From Candidatus Nanohaloarchaea archaeon (GTDB lineage Archaea; Nanohalarchaeota; Nanosalinia; Nanosalinales; Nanosalinaceae), in assembly GCA_014297435.1 (NCBI GenBank), contig JACOQA010000001.1:32001-96000 (forward strand): a stretch of DNA of 64,000 nucleotides, read 5' to 3'. A program made the position numbers and the translations under genes. Below, piece by piece: positions 19,583 through 29,958 of this stretch; within the stretch, counting starts at the first letter, position 1; every line of letters starts with the position of its first letter. The notes beneath the pieces are model-generated. The model did not search any database and was not told the DNA's origin. It saw only the letters and a list, made by a program, of their open reading frames with translations.

Positions 19583-21882
19583 TTTCTACCACTTCTCTTT
19601 CTGTAACCAACTTCGGAAAGGAAGACTAATAGAGCCGCGATAATGAAGTAGTCGCCAAGGTTCTTCTGTTTCTGTACCTTTCTGTCCGAGAAGCTCTTCA
19701 AGTCCTCCACTATAGATTGTTTCTCGTCGGGCGTATAAACGTTTCCTCCGGTGTTCTGAACCACATCCAAGTTATCCTTGTTTAGACCAACCTGCTTTAT
19801 CTCAGGATTATAGCTGTAAGCATAGACTTTTTCCTGGAAACTGTGGAATCCTGTTGTTTCGGGTTCGACCTCTGCCGAGTAAAGATCTTCGCCCTGTCTC
19901 TTCAATCCATCAACATCGTAAGATGCCTCAATTCTTACTTTTTCGTCGTTATAGCCGTCCTGAACTCTTATCCATTTTTCCTGCTTTCTCTGTGGCTGTC
20001 CTACAGCCCAGCTAACTGATCTGGTCGCCATCAAGGGGTCAGAGTTGAGTATTCTTGAGAGGTCCTTGTCTCCTGCGGAGAAAGCCGCGACACGACCCAA
20101 CCCATATCTCCAGGAGGTTAAAACAGGGCTTCCTGAACTAGATGTTGCGAGAAGGTCTGCACCACTCTTAGGCTTAACAGGATCAAAACCGGTAATCACT
20201 CCATTAGGGTTCAATCCTTCCGTAATCATGTGATCTGGATCGGTTACAACGATGCTTTCAGCTTCTTTTGAAGCCCCACCAGCTTTGAAACGGGTTGTCA
20301 ACCTGTTGTTGTTTTCGGAGCTGAAAGGCATGTACTGGTCGCCGGAACGAGTCAAACTTCTCAAGAAGTCGTCGTTGGGGTTTCCGGTACCTATAATCAG
20401 GAGTCTTGAATCCAGACTGTCAACAGCCCTCCGTGTCTTTGCCGGAATGTTCTCGTTTATCTCCTTCGGACTCAACTCTCCAGGAGTTATCCAGATAATG
20501 TTTCCTTCTCCCTCCATAACCCGGTCAGCGTACTTGAGACCGTAGTGGTGAGGTGCCCATCCACGGATAGAGTAGTCAGATTCAAGCTGGCTCTTCAATT
20601 TAGACCTATGAGTGGAGTCGAGGGCTTTAGGACTGCTGAACTTAACTAGTTGAGGTCCATCAAAGTTCCCTTTGTAAGCTACCGCACCCACCTTGTTGTT
20701 TGAAGGAAGACCAACAGGAGGTCGGTGAATCAGCGAGTAGGCAATTCTCAGCGCCTTCTGTGTCGAGTTCTGTGTGCTTATAGAGCCAGAGAAATCGTTT
20801 TCTTCCCTATTTTGCAGGTACTGTGATCCACAGAACTCTTGATTTGTGCAGTCGGATGAGGTGTGTGATATGTCAAACACGATCATGATCTTGGAGCCTT
20901 TAGACTCCTTAGCCTCTTCCGAGTATCTTGCTGGAAGAACCGAGTTCTGTTCCTCATAGTTGCCTGTATAAACTAATCCGTTTCCTTCAGCTAGGTATCC
21001 GCTGATCTCAGACTCATCGAACTGCTTTTTTGCGATAACGGCATAGTATTCGTCCATGTTCTCCGGGAAGCTCGAACGGTACTCGAGACTGTAAAATTTA
21101 TCGAGTTCATCCGACATACTGCCCTCGTTCCCTAAAACCAGTATATTCGGTTTTTCAACCACTTCAACGGTCTTATAGAACACGTTGTTCGACCCAAATT
21201 CATCTTCCGAATCTATAGAAGCCTTAATCCTATGCGATCCTTTCTCATCAAAGCTCCTTGTAAAACTCCATGTGCTGTTGTCAGCTCTTTCCAGATCGGT
21301 CTTATCGCCGTCTACTAACACTTCGGGTTTTTGAGGCATAGTTGTTGAGCTCACTTCCACGGTAAAACTGTTTTCTGCTCCAGGAACGGTAGAGCTTGGA
21401 CCTTGAACTGAAACTGCGGATTCTTCCTCGGAATCGGTTTTCAAAAGGTTTAGACTGGCGTTCTTCCGTCTTATTTCCCTAGCTGTATTTTCTAGCGATG
21501 AAGAGGATTGGAGATCGCTGACTAGGAGGTAGGCCTGGTTTTCCTTGATATTCCGTGTCAGACCACTTTTTAGGTCCGAGTTGTTGCCTGATGCTATAAT
21601 TTTACGATTAACTTTTACGTTCTCTAGGCTTAGATTCTCTTCCTCCATAACCGACATAGAGGTTGAAGAGTCCTCTAAGATTGTTAGTTGTGGTTGCTTG
21701 GAGATCTCTTCTTCGCCTGTCACGAATGGTGAAGCTGCGGCAACTGCCAGTAGAATAACTGTTATAGCTTTCGTGACTCCGACTATCTTCTTGAATCGTT
21801 CTTCTGCTTTAATTGTTGTAAAAAGCGCCGGCAGGGCTAATAGGCTTAAAGCAAGGAGTAACGGGTTTTGAATTCCTACCAT
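19579..21882 (-). CDS. VWA-domain membrane protein
   Basis: N-terminal TMs, MIDAS-like EDSSTSM and FDISHTS, WRYGLGRV motif, C-terminal TM. Confidence 0.8.
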   Translation of the reverse strand: MVGIQNPLLLALSLLALPALFTTIKAEERFKKIVGVTKAITVILLAVAAASPFVTGEEEISKQPQLTILEDSSTSMSVMEEENLSLENVKVNRKIIASGNNSDLKSGLTRNIKENQAYLLVSDLQSSSSLENTAREIRRKNASLNLLKTDSEEESAVSVQGPSSTVPGAENSFTVEVSSTTMPQKPEVLVDGDKTDLERADNSTWSFTRSFDEKGSHRIKASIDSEDEFGSNNVFYKTVEVVEKPNILVLGNEGSMSDELDKFYSLEYRSSFPENMDEYYAVIAKKQFDESEISGYLAEGNGLVYTGNYEEQNSVLPARYSEEAKESKGSKIMIVFDISHTSSDCTNQEFCGSQYLQNREENDFSGSISTQNSTQKALRIAYSLIHRPPVGLPSNNKVGAVAYKGNFDGPQLVKFSSPKALDSTHRSKLKSQLESDYSIRGWAPHHYGLKYADRVMEGEGNIIWITPGELSPKEINENIPAKTRRAVDSLDSRLLIIGTGNPNDDFLRSLTRSGDQYMPFSSENNNRLTTRFKAGGASKEAESIVVTDPDHMITEGLNPNGVITGFDPVKPKSGADLLATSSSGSPVLTSWRYGLGRVAAFSAGDKDLSRILNSDPLMATRSVSWAVGQPQRKQEKWIRVQDGYNDEKVRIEASYDVDGLKRQGEDLYSAEVEPETTGFHSFQEKVYAYSYNPEIKQVGLNKDNLDVVQNTGGNVYTPDEKQSIVEDLKSFSDRKVQKQKNLGDYFIIAALLVFLSEVGYRKRSGRK

Positions 21883-23570
21883 TTTAGCTCACCTATTCTA
21901 TAAAGGTAAGCCATTTCTGCTGTTACCAGAAGTCCTAGTAACACTGCAACCAGGTTTTGGATATTTTTTTGCTCAGTGCCTTCTTCTACATTACTGCCGG
22001 TCTTAGTTTGGATCTGTTCTTCGGAGGATTCGTCCTCGCTTTCGAGATTAGCTGCATAAGTTCTACCGGAGCTATTGTAGAAGCCTGTGTCGTATAGTGT
22101 TTTGGTTTCACCCTGTATTTGAAGCTGTTCGCCTGTTTCAACGTTTAATTGGTTGACGGAAGGTTCATCTACAAGCCTGCGGGTTATCTGTTTCCAGAAA
22201 ACAGGGTAAAGAAAGTCTTTATTGAAGTCACTATCGTCAATATTGTAGAACAGAACTTCGCCCTCTCCGTACTCTGCTTGTACTAATGCGTTTGAGCTAG
22301 CTGTAAGGCTTTCACCTCTCGTCCTATTAACCTCGATGACATTTGTAGTGCCTATGTCTATTCTACGAGGTTTTCTGATTTCAACATTCATATCTCGTGC
22401 TTCCCCGGTTTTTTCAACAGGAACTGAGTCCATGCCTGTTTCAATACCTGTTTCAGCAAAGGCTATCATGGCTTTACCAGATTTTGTCTGTGACTCTATT
22501 TCTGACACCGTCTCTGAAAGTAAATTGTCTGACTCGCCGATTATGTAGATGTCGGAATCAAGTTCCTGCTCGACTGGCGGCGTCAATTTTTCGAATTCAG
22601 TGAAATCAATCAAGTCGAAAGCCTTCCTCATGTAAGGATTTTCCTCTTCCGAAATCAAGGTCACCTTATAGTCGTTCTGTTCCGGATAGAAGAAGTAGGC
22701 TTCGTTATCAGCTTCAAGATCATCTGAAGGTAAGGAAAATCGATTCTTGCCTTCGTTTAAATCGAATTTAACTGTTGCTACTGCATTAGACTCTACTGTA
22801 ACATCCTTTATAGTTTCTCCATGTTCTACCGGCAGCTTTCTCGTCGAATTCGCAAAGTTTTTCACATCTATTGAAGCTTGACCTTCCTGGCTACCAACAC
22901 TCACTATACCCCAAGAGTTTGAAGTTTTCGCTTCGTAGGTTTTTACTGTTCTTCCGCTATCTCTTAACTGTTCTACTATCTCGGATGCATCTCTACTGTT
23001 GACTGTCTGGTCAAGATCGCTTGCGATTATAATAGGTCCTGAGTATCTGGATGCGACCTGTAGAGCGTTCGATATATCGGTCTCGGTCTCGGTGGCTTCG
23101 AGCTGATCTATTTTTGAGCTTGTCTGCGATCTATGTGCATTCTCTAGCGGTATATCGGTAGTTTCAGCGACTGTGAGAAGCGTGTTTTCAGGTCCTAGAT
23201 TCGATTTTGCAAAACTTTTCACGTCTTCAACTTCGTCAGTTATGCTTGCCGATCTATCCATAACTATTACTGCTCTGTCCGAGTTCGCTGGTGCATCAAG
23301 AAAAGGATCTGCTATCGCCGCAGCCATCCCAAGCACTAGAAGTATGTGGAATAGCAGCAAAAAGTTTCTTAGGAATGTTCTGAGAGCTGTTCTTGCTTTT
23401 CCTGACTTCCTGTTCTTCATGAAAAACATTATAGACGGCATTACTTCTTCGTCCGGCTTTTTCTTCACTAAATAGAATATTATCAGCGGGATAAGAGCTA
23501 GAGCTGCCAGAAATCCTTCCGGCTGAAGGAAGTAACCGCTCAAGAATTGCTGTCCCGGGAATGCCATCAT
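21876..23570 (-). CDS. BatA-like N-terminal domain + VWA membrane protein
   Basis: ALIPLIIFYL...PSIMFF (BatA-like), MDRSAS MIDAS, C-terminal TM. Confidence 0.85.
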   Translation of the reverse strand: MMAFPGQQFLSGYFLQPEGFLAALALIPLIIFYLVKKKPDEEVMPSIMFFMKNRKSGKARTALRTFLRNFLLLFHILLVLGMAAAIADPFLDAPANSDRAVIVMDRSASITDEVEDVKSFAKSNLGPENTLLTVAETTDIPLENAHRSQTSSKIDQLEATETETDISNALQVASRYSGPIIIASDLDQTVNSRDASEIVEQLRDSGRTVKTYEAKTSNSWGIVSVGSQEGQASIDVKNFANSTRKLPVEHGETIKDVTVESNAVATVKFDLNEGKNRFSLPSDDLEADNEAYFFYPEQNDYKVTLISEEENPYMRKAFDLIDFTEFEKLTPPVEQELDSDIYIIGESDNLLSETVSEIESQTKSGKAMIAFAETGIETGMDSVPVEKTGEARDMNVEIRKPRRIDIGTTNVIEVNRTRGESLTASSNALVQAEYGEGEVLFYNIDDSDFNKDFLYPVFWKQITRRLVDEPSVNQLNVETGEQLQIQGETKTLYDTGFYNSSGRTYAANLESEDESSEEQIQTKTGSNVEEGTEQKNIQNLVAVLLGLLVTAEMAYLYRIGELKW

Positions 23571-23616
23571 CTAATAATTGAGCAGGGGGTTATAAACAAG
23601 TTTTACCAGTCCAGCG

Positions 23617-26307
23617 TTACTTTTCCTCAATCCTCTCCATCACCTGTTCATGAAGGTTCTGAAGCCTCTCCTTCTTATCCTCCATCTTAACCACATCAGT
23701 TGAGCCTTGGAGCAGCAGGTTATGGGAGAATGGCGAGGGTATATCCGAATCTATAACCTCGAAACTTATGTCTCCGCCGTCAATCTTTTCCACAACCTCT
23801 TTGGTATGCTTGATATCCATAGCATCCTCCATGATCTCCCGGTAAGTCTCCTTTACCATAGGGAAGTCCTCGGAATGCTCGTTCCTTATTGTCGAAAGAA
23901 GGAAGTGTCCTTTCATCTGTTGCTGTCCTACTGTCTTCGAGTTTCCGCCGTAGTTTCGAAGTATCATGAGAGACCTTCCGGCTACGTGCCTGAAACGTCT
24001 TTTCATAAGCTCGGTCTTTCCAACAGCATCTTTAAGTTCCTCTTCAAGATCGCAGCTCGCTAACTCGTCCATCAGCTTTTCTATATCTATAGGTCTTCTT
24101 GGAGTGATTAGAATGAAGCCGTTGTCGTCTATAACCATGCCAATGTTTGAACTTACTCGTTTCTGGAGAAGATGTGCCATTATTCGAGCCATCGCATCGT
24201 GAGTTCTTCTTCCGTAGATAGTATGGAAGATAAAGTTCTGTCTATTGTCTTCATCGATGTGTTTCTCAACTGTGATATCTTCATGTGTTGAAACTTTTCC
24301 GAGGAACTGTTTCTGCTGTTTAATATACCTGTAAATGGCTTCTGCAGTATTCTCATCGAGGTAGTAGTTGTGCATGATCCACTGGATGATGTCGTCGTCC
24401 CCCGCTCCAAGTTCAAGCTGGTCTGCTACCTGTTTACGGAATTCCCCGATTTTAACACCTAGATCATATGAGAGAGGAAGCCTCTCCGAGTACCAGGAAG
24501 GTACTGTAGGTGATGCATTAGGTTTAGGATCTACAAATACCTTCATGCCTTTTGCATAGCTGAACTTGTACGTGCTTCCTCCGAGCGTGAAAATATCTCC
24601 TTTGGTAAGTCTGTCAAGAAATTCCTCATCCAAGGTTCCAACATAGTTTCCTTCGCCCCTGGTCTTCACATCGTACCCGGTTTCATCCGGTATAGTTCCG
24701 ATGTTTGTCATGTAGATTACTCGAGTCATCTTGCCTGAGCGTCCGAGAAGGTTTTCATCTCGGTCAATCCATATCTTCCTGTAGACGTTCTGATCCTCTA
24801 ATTCGTACTCTCCGCCTAAGTACTTCAGAACATCATCATAGTTGTTTCGTGAAAGAGTTCTGTAGCAGTAAGATTTTCTTATGACGTTGAAAGCGTGGTC
24901 CAGATCCCACTTATGGTTACACGCCATACCGACCATGTGCTGTGCTAGTACATCAAGAGCGTTCTCCGGTATCTGTATACGGTCGAGCTCGTCTTCTTTA
25001 GCGCATTTTGTAAGAACAGAGCATTCCAGCGCATCGTCTCTATCGTTTACAATCATTTTGCCCTTTGCTTTTTCACCTATCTGGTGTCCTGAACGACCAA
25101 CTCTCTGTATCCCTCTCGCAACACCTTTCGGAGAACCGATCTGTATCACAAGATCAACGGAACCGATATCGACACCTAGTTCCAACGATGTTGAGGTTAC
25201 ACCGACTTTCATTTCGCCTTTCTTCAGCTTCTCCTCGACTTCCAAACGTTTCTCTCTTGACATCGATGAGTGGTGCGCGCCTATGTTCTCATTGTAATGG
25301 TCTGGAAACCGATCTTTTAGGTTGTTCACAACTCTCTCCGTTGCGCTCCTAGTATTCGTGAATATTATAGTTGATTCGTGGTTCTGCGCTAAGTTGTGGA
25401 TTTTGTCGTACATCGCCTCGTTTACGATCCCCGGATCCTCGTTAATCAGATCTTTAACGGGTGAAACTGTTTCAAGGTCAATCTCCTTTGAAGCCGCAAC
25501 GTCAACAATATTACACCCTCTTGTATCGTATTCGCCCTCTTCGGCGGGCTCTGCCGCTTTTATCTCCTCATCGTACTCTGTAACGGTTGTAGAAGTATCT
25601 TCTTCAACATCGTAACCTACGAGGTATTTGGCTATTTCATCGATAGGTGCCTGTGTAGCTGACAGTCCTATACGTGTGAAATCGTTGTTAGCCATTTCCT
25701 GCAGTCTTTCCATAGATAGTGAAAGATGAACTCCTCTCTTGTTCTCTGAAATCGAGTGTATCTCGTCGATTATAGTATACTTTACGTTCTTCAGCTTCTC
25801 CTTGAACTTTGGCGAGTTTATCAAAATGCCTAGTGTTTCTGGGGTTGTTATGAGGATATGCGGAGGTTTGTCAAGCATCTTTGATTTTTCCGCGTCAGTA
25901 GTATCGCCTGTTCTAACAGCGCTTCGTACTTCGGGAACATCGTAACCCATTTCCTCTGCCCTTTCCTTTATTCCATCTAGAGGTTCTTCGAGGTTACGTT
26001 CAATGTCGTTTCCAAGAGCACGTAGAGGGGAGATATAGAGAACATATACTTCATCGTCCAGTTCGCCTTCGTCTCCCATCATGAAAAGCTCGTTTAGACC
26101 CGACATAAATGCGCTTAGTGTTTTACCCGAACCGGTCGGCGCACAGATCAATGAGTTCTTATTTTCGTGGATCAGGTCGAAAGAAAACTTCTGTGGAGGG
26201 CTGAGAGATTCAAACTTCGAATTAAACCATTCCTTGACGTAGGGTTCGAACTCTTCCGGAAGTTCTTCTGATGCGTCTTCCTGATCAACAAAGTTTATTC
26301 TGTTCAC
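23617..26307 (-). CDS. lhr: Lhr-family ATP-dependent helicase
   Basis: APTGSGKT, YISPLRAL, DEIH, LSAT, TSLELGVDIG, QRVGRSGH. Confidence 0.95.
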   Translation of the reverse strand: MNRINFVDQEDASEELPEEFEPYVKEWFNSKFESLSPPQKFSFDLIHENKNSLICAPTGSGKTLSAFMSGLNELFMMGDEGELDDEVYVLYISPLRALGNDIERNLEEPLDGIKERAEEMGYDVPEVRSAVRTGDTTDAEKSKMLDKPPHILITTPETLGILINSPKFKEKLKNVKYTIIDEIHSISENKRGVHLSLSMERLQEMANNDFTRIGLSATQAPIDEIAKYLVGYDVEEDTSTTVTEYDEEIKAAEPAEEGEYDTRGCNIVDVAASKEIDLETVSPVKDLINEDPGIVNEAMYDKIHNLAQNHESTIIFTNTRSATERVVNNLKDRFPDHYNENIGAHHSSMSREKRLEVEEKLKKGEMKVGVTSTSLELGVDIGSVDLVIQIGSPKGVARGIQRVGRSGHQIGEKAKGKMIVNDRDDALECSVLTKCAKEDELDRIQIPENALDVLAQHMVGMACNHKWDLDHAFNVIRKSYCYRTLSRNNYDDVLKYLGGEYELEDQNVYRKIWIDRDENLLGRSGKMTRVIYMTNIGTIPDETGYDVKTRGEGNYVGTLDEEFLDRLTKGDIFTLGGSTYKFSYAKGMKVFVDPKPNASPTVPSWYSERLPLSYDLGVKIGEFRKQVADQLELGAGDDDIIQWIMHNYYLDENTAEAIYRYIKQQKQFLGKVSTHEDITVEKHIDEDNRQNFIFHTIYGRRTHDAMARIMAHLLQKRVSSNIGMVIDDNGFILITPRRPIDIEKLMDELASCDLEEELKDAVGKTELMKRRFRHVAGRSLMILRNYGGNSKTVGQQQMKGHFLLSTIRNEHSEDFPMVKETYREIMEDAMDIKHTKEVVEKIDGGDISFEVIDSDIPSPFSHNLLLQGSTDVVKMEDKKERLQNLHEQVMERIEEK

Positions 26308-26330
26308 GATTCAGGAATGAGATACAATCT

Positions 26331-27191
26331 TTAAGACTCTGGCGCAGCGAGCTTACCTGCTAGTAACCGGAAAATCAGGGCGGAGAGCGCTGTGAAAACA
26401 CCGATTAAAGGATGCAGCGAATAGAAACCTAGGGCGACTACCGGAACTAAGAGAATCAGATTATCGGTAAGGAAGCTGCTCATATTGCTGGAAACCTCTT
26501 CGACCATTTCCTCCGTGTTCATTCCGGACTTTGACTGGTTAATCAATGTTTCAGGCACTTCATTCCTTGCATTGGAAAAAGAATCCAAAATAGTCATGTT
26601 TGCTTCTCGTGAAAGATCGCCAGAGTTGTTCAAGACGTGCTGTTGTGTCAGACTGATCGAAGCCCTGCTAGTTTGTCTTATCACTCTTTCTCCCGCATTT
26701 TTCTGCGTCTCCATGATTCCGGAGGCATCTAGAATCTTAGACGTCTGGTCTGACATAAATCCGCTAACCGAGGATTCGATCTGGTTTTCAAATGAGGGCT
26801 GTGTCGACGCACCTACAAACAACCCGGCGCCAAGCAAGACACCAATTGTGAGCATAGGCAGGCTTACCGAGCTGTAATAATCTTTGAAGCTATCGCCGCT
26901 TGCGAAAACAGAGGTCAAGATATTTCCTAAAATAATGATTATAGCTATCGGAGCTAGCTTTTCGATAAGCAGGAAAGGTAAAGCAAAAATAGTTAGTAAG
27001 GATGAGAAATGAAAGCTCTCGCTCGAAATAAAAGCTGTATAGCCGAACAAGATAGTCACTGGGATCAGAAATACTCCGGTCGTGATTTTGGAAGTATTGA
27101 AGAAATAGGCTGATGAAAGCGCCAGCATTACCAGACTGAATTCTGCAACATACTCCAGATAGTTATCCTCAAGACCCATTACTAAAGCCAA
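26331..27191 (-). CDS. Multi-pass membrane protein, unknown function
   Basis: Several TM helices flanking a soluble loop; start position uncertain. Confidence 0.7.
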   Translation of the reverse strand: MALVMGLEDNYLEYVAEFSLVMLALSSAYFFNTSKITTGVFLIPVTILFGYTAFISSESFHFSSLLTIFALPFLLIEKLAPIAIIIILGNILTSVFASGDSFKDYYSSVSLPMLTIGVLLGAGLFVGASTQPSFENQIESSVSGFMSDQTSKILDASGIMETQKNAGERVIRQTSRASISLTQQHVLNNSGDLSREANMTILDSFSNARNEVPETLINQSKSGMNTEEMVEEVSSNMSSFLTDNLILLVPVVALGFYSLHPLIGVFTALSALIFRLLAGKLAAPES

Positions 27192-27208
27192 ATTTCAGAG
27201 TTTCAAAT

Positions 27209-28144
27209 TTAAACCCCGATGGTCTCAGAAATTATAGATTCGGCATGTCCCCGGTCTTCAGCCTCGACAATTGCTCTACCTGAATGAAAGAAAACTATTT
27301 CTCTCCTGTCTAACTTTGCTCTAACCAGATACTCATTTTCTGCAATTATATTGCCGGCTTCTTTGACAGATTCATACGCTTCCTCACCAAAATCTTTCTC
27401 AATCTGAAACTTGTTTTCTCCACAAACGGAGGAAACTTTCTTTTTGGAGTTAAGTGTATCGAAGTTCTTGTATTCGCATACTTCACAGCCATGGCTTTCG
27501 ATTTCAAAACTCTGACCATCAGTAGTATCAAGTGTTTCTTTTGGAGGTTTGTCTGTAAGGTACTTGACGGCTTTTTCTGCACTTATTGAAGCTGCAGTTG
27601 TTGAGGTTTCTCTCAGGATTCCAGCTGACTCACAAGTGTCCAAAGCTCCCGGACTCACTTGTTCAAAAACACAGTTGAAGCATTTAGAGTCTAGAAACAT
27701 CGAATAACCTTTTTCAGCAATTGCGGAAGTGTATATCCAAGGAGTGTCTGTTTTCTTAGAAAATTCGTTTAGCAAAAACCGTGTCTCCATATTGTCGGTA
27801 CCGTCTACCATAAGATCGACGTCTTCAAGCTTCTCAACTGTTTCCGGGTTAAGCGATTCGTTAAATGACTCAACTTCTGTGAACTTTTCCAAGTAATTTT
27901 CCGCCGCTACGGCTTTTGGAAGGCTTTTCTCGCATTCTTCAGGAGTATAGATATTCGAAGAATATACATCGTTCTCTTCTAGATAGTCTCTATCAAATAG
28001 AACCAGGTCCACTCCATGTCTTGCAAGATGTTCGGCTATAGCCGAGCCTGTAGCTCCCAGACCTATTACAGCTACTTTCGAATTCTGTAACTGTTTAAGC
28101 TCGGTCTCTCCAAATTCTTGAAGCGCTTTGAAACGGCTGTACAT
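27209..28144 (-). CDS. ThiF/MoeB/UbaA-family E1-like adenylyltransferase
   Basis: GLGATG, DRDYLE, DGTDN, CFNC and CEVC Zn sites, putative catalytic Cys in DTCESAG. Confidence 0.9.
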   Translation of the reverse strand: MYSRFKALQEFGETELKQLQNSKVAVIGLGATGSAIAEHLARHGVDLVLFDRDYLEENDVYSSNIYTPEECEKSLPKAVAAENYLEKFTEVESFNESLNPETVEKLEDVDLMVDGTDNMETRFLLNEFSKKTDTPWIYTSAIAEKGYSMFLDSKCFNCVFEQVSPGALDTCESAGILRETSTTAASISAEKAVKYLTDKPPKETLDTTDGQSFEIESHGCEVCEYKNFDTLNSKKKVSSVCGENKFQIEKDFGEEAYESVKEAGNIIAENEYLVRAKLDRREIVFFHSGRAIVEAEDRGHAESIISETIGV

Positions 28145-28208
28145 ACGGTTTCAACAGCTCTGGAAGCTTTATTAAGCTGGCGGAGTCAAGCCTTGACTGT
28201 GGTCATTC

Positions 28209-29036
28209 ATGGTATCTCTTCCTCCGCAACTTACCAACAAAATTGAACTAATAGGCTTCTCAATCTCCCCACAAATCATAATTGTAGCTCTTCTAGTCGT
28301 TTTCGGCGGCTGGGTGGCTAACAAGATATCAAATGTCTTTATCCAAAGAGCAGTAAAAAGGAGAGGTGGTGACTTGCATGCAGCAGTTACGGGGAAGAAG
28401 ATATCAGCTTACATCATATACACATTAACGTTTATAGTCCTTCTAGGCGTATTTGGAGTACCTCTAACTTCACTTGGTGCGGTAGTAGGTCTTGTAGGTT
28501 TAGGGCTTTCCTTCGCCCTGAAAGACATGATTGCCAACTTCATTTCAGGGGTCTTTATCCTTGCGAACGGAGAGTTCAAGATAGGAGATCAGATCGAGGT
28601 CGCTGGAGAGGAAGGCACCATCAAGGATATTAAGATCCGAGCGACCGATATCAAAACCTTTGATGGACGAAAAGTAATCGTTCCGAACTCACAGCTCTAC
28701 AGCGATGTAGTTATCAACAACACAGCTTACGATGAAAGAAGGTTCGAGGTCGTAGTCGGAATAGGTTACGATGACGATATTGAGAAGGCAAAGGAACTTG
28801 CTTTCGAAGCATTGGAGGAAGCAGAAGGAATAGAAGCTGAACCCGAACCTCAAGTCTTAGTTAATGAGCTAGGAGGGTCTTCTGTTAATCTGAAGCTTAG
28901 AGGCTGGACTAAACCGACCAGAGCGAGTCAGGTAAAGGCTTCGTCTGAACTAACTCAACTCGTCAAGGAAAAGTACGATGGAGCAGGAATAGACATTCCG
29001 TATCCAATCAGAACAGTTTACATGAACGAGGAATAA
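28209..29036 (+). CDS. mscS: Small-conductance mechanosensitive channel
   Basis: GLSFALKDMIANFISG, FKIGDQI, VIVPNS, GIDIPYP. Confidence 0.95.
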   Translation: MVSLPPQLTNKIELIGFSISPQIIIVALLVVFGGWVANKISNVFIQRAVKRRGGDLHAAVTGKKISAYIIYTLTFIVLLGVFGVPLTSLGAVVGLVGLGLSFALKDMIANFISGVFILANGEFKIGDQIEVAGEEGTIKDIKIRATDIKTFDGRKVIVPNSQLYSDVVINNTAYDERRFEVVVGIGYDDDIEKAKELAFEALEEAEGIEAEPEPQVLVNELGGSSVNLKLRGWTKPTRASQVKASSELTQLVKEKYDGAGIDIPYPIRTVYMNEE

Positions 29037-29039
29037 GGA

Positions 29040-29070
29040 AGGGAGTTACCTCCCTGTTTCCCATTTTTTC
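29040..29070 (+). terminator. Hairpin plus T-tract terminator after mscS
   Basis: AGGGAG-TTAC-CTCCCT inverted repeat followed by a pyrimidine/T run. Confidence 0.5.
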
Positions 29071-29096
29071 TTAAGCCTTCCATTCAAACCTGAGGT

Positions 29097-29408
29097 ATGC
29101 CAACCAATATTGATTCCGAGAAGATGGAGGATATCAAAAATTCTGATGAGACATGGGTAGTGGATTTCTGGGCTGAATGGTGCGGTCCCTGCAAAAAACT
29201 GGCGCCAAGATTCGAAGAAGTCTCCGAAGAACTGGACTCAGTCAACTTTGGAAAAGTCGATATGGAAGAGAACCAACAGATCGGAACCAGCGAAGGAATA
29301 AGAGCCCTTCCCACGCTCGTAATATACAGTGATGGTGAGGAAGTCGCGAGAAAGAGTGGCTTGATGAAGAAAGAAGAGTTGAAGAACTGGATTCAGGAAA
29401 AAGCCTAG
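29097..29408 (+). CDS. trxA: Thioredoxin
   Basis: VDFWAEWCGPCK. Confidence 0.96.
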   Translation: MPTNIDSEKMEDIKNSDETWVVDFWAEWCGPCKKLAPRFEEVSEELDSVNFGKVDMEENQQIGTSEGIRALPTLVIYSDGEEVARKSGLMKKEELKNWIQEKA

Positions 29409-29905
29409 AGATACTCTGTCCAGTCAACACTTCCGAAACCGGTTTCCCCGTTTTCTACCTTCTCTATTACTTCTTCTGCAACGCGTTCAGCGCTTCTCTC
29501 TGTAGTATCAACTTCTATAATATCATCTTGTTTATGGACAGCTTCTGAAAGTATTATATCCAGTATCTCGGACTCAACATTCTCCTCAATCTTTTGCTCA
29601 GAGTAATCTCGGGTAGAAAGTCTTTCACGTAGTTCCTCAGGGTTGCATCTTAGGGCTATACAGTAATCTGCTTCGAAATGGTGCGAGAGATGACCTTCAA
29701 TTACAATATCTTTTTCTCTATCAATTTCTTTTTCCAGTGCTTCAACCATTTCCGGGATATCGACTTCGAACTCATCTCCTGGTTCTCCAAGACCTCTCTG
29801 CTTCACGAACTTAGTAAGATCTACTACTTCAAAGCCTTCGTTCTTCAGGTTCTCTGCGACTGAGGTTTTTCCGGTTCCGGGCGTCCCGGTTAATGCTATG
29901 ATCAT
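29405..29905 (-). CDS. Adenylate kinase AK6/Fap7 family
   Basis: Start MIIALTGTPGTGKT at 29905; EGHLSH; RLSTRDYSEQKIEENVESE. Confidence 0.9.
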   Translation of the reverse strand: MIIALTGTPGTGKTSVAENLKNEGFEVVDLTKFVKQRGLGEPGDEFEVDIPEMVEALEKEIDREKDIVIEGHLSHHFEADYCIALRCNPEELRERLSTRDYSEQKIEENVESEILDIILSEAVHKQDDIIEVDTTERSAERVAEEVIEKVENGETGFGSVDWTEYL

Positions 29906-29958
29906 AGTTTCAAAGCGGGATTGGAAAGAATAAAAGGTTGGTTTCCAGAACTTTAGGT

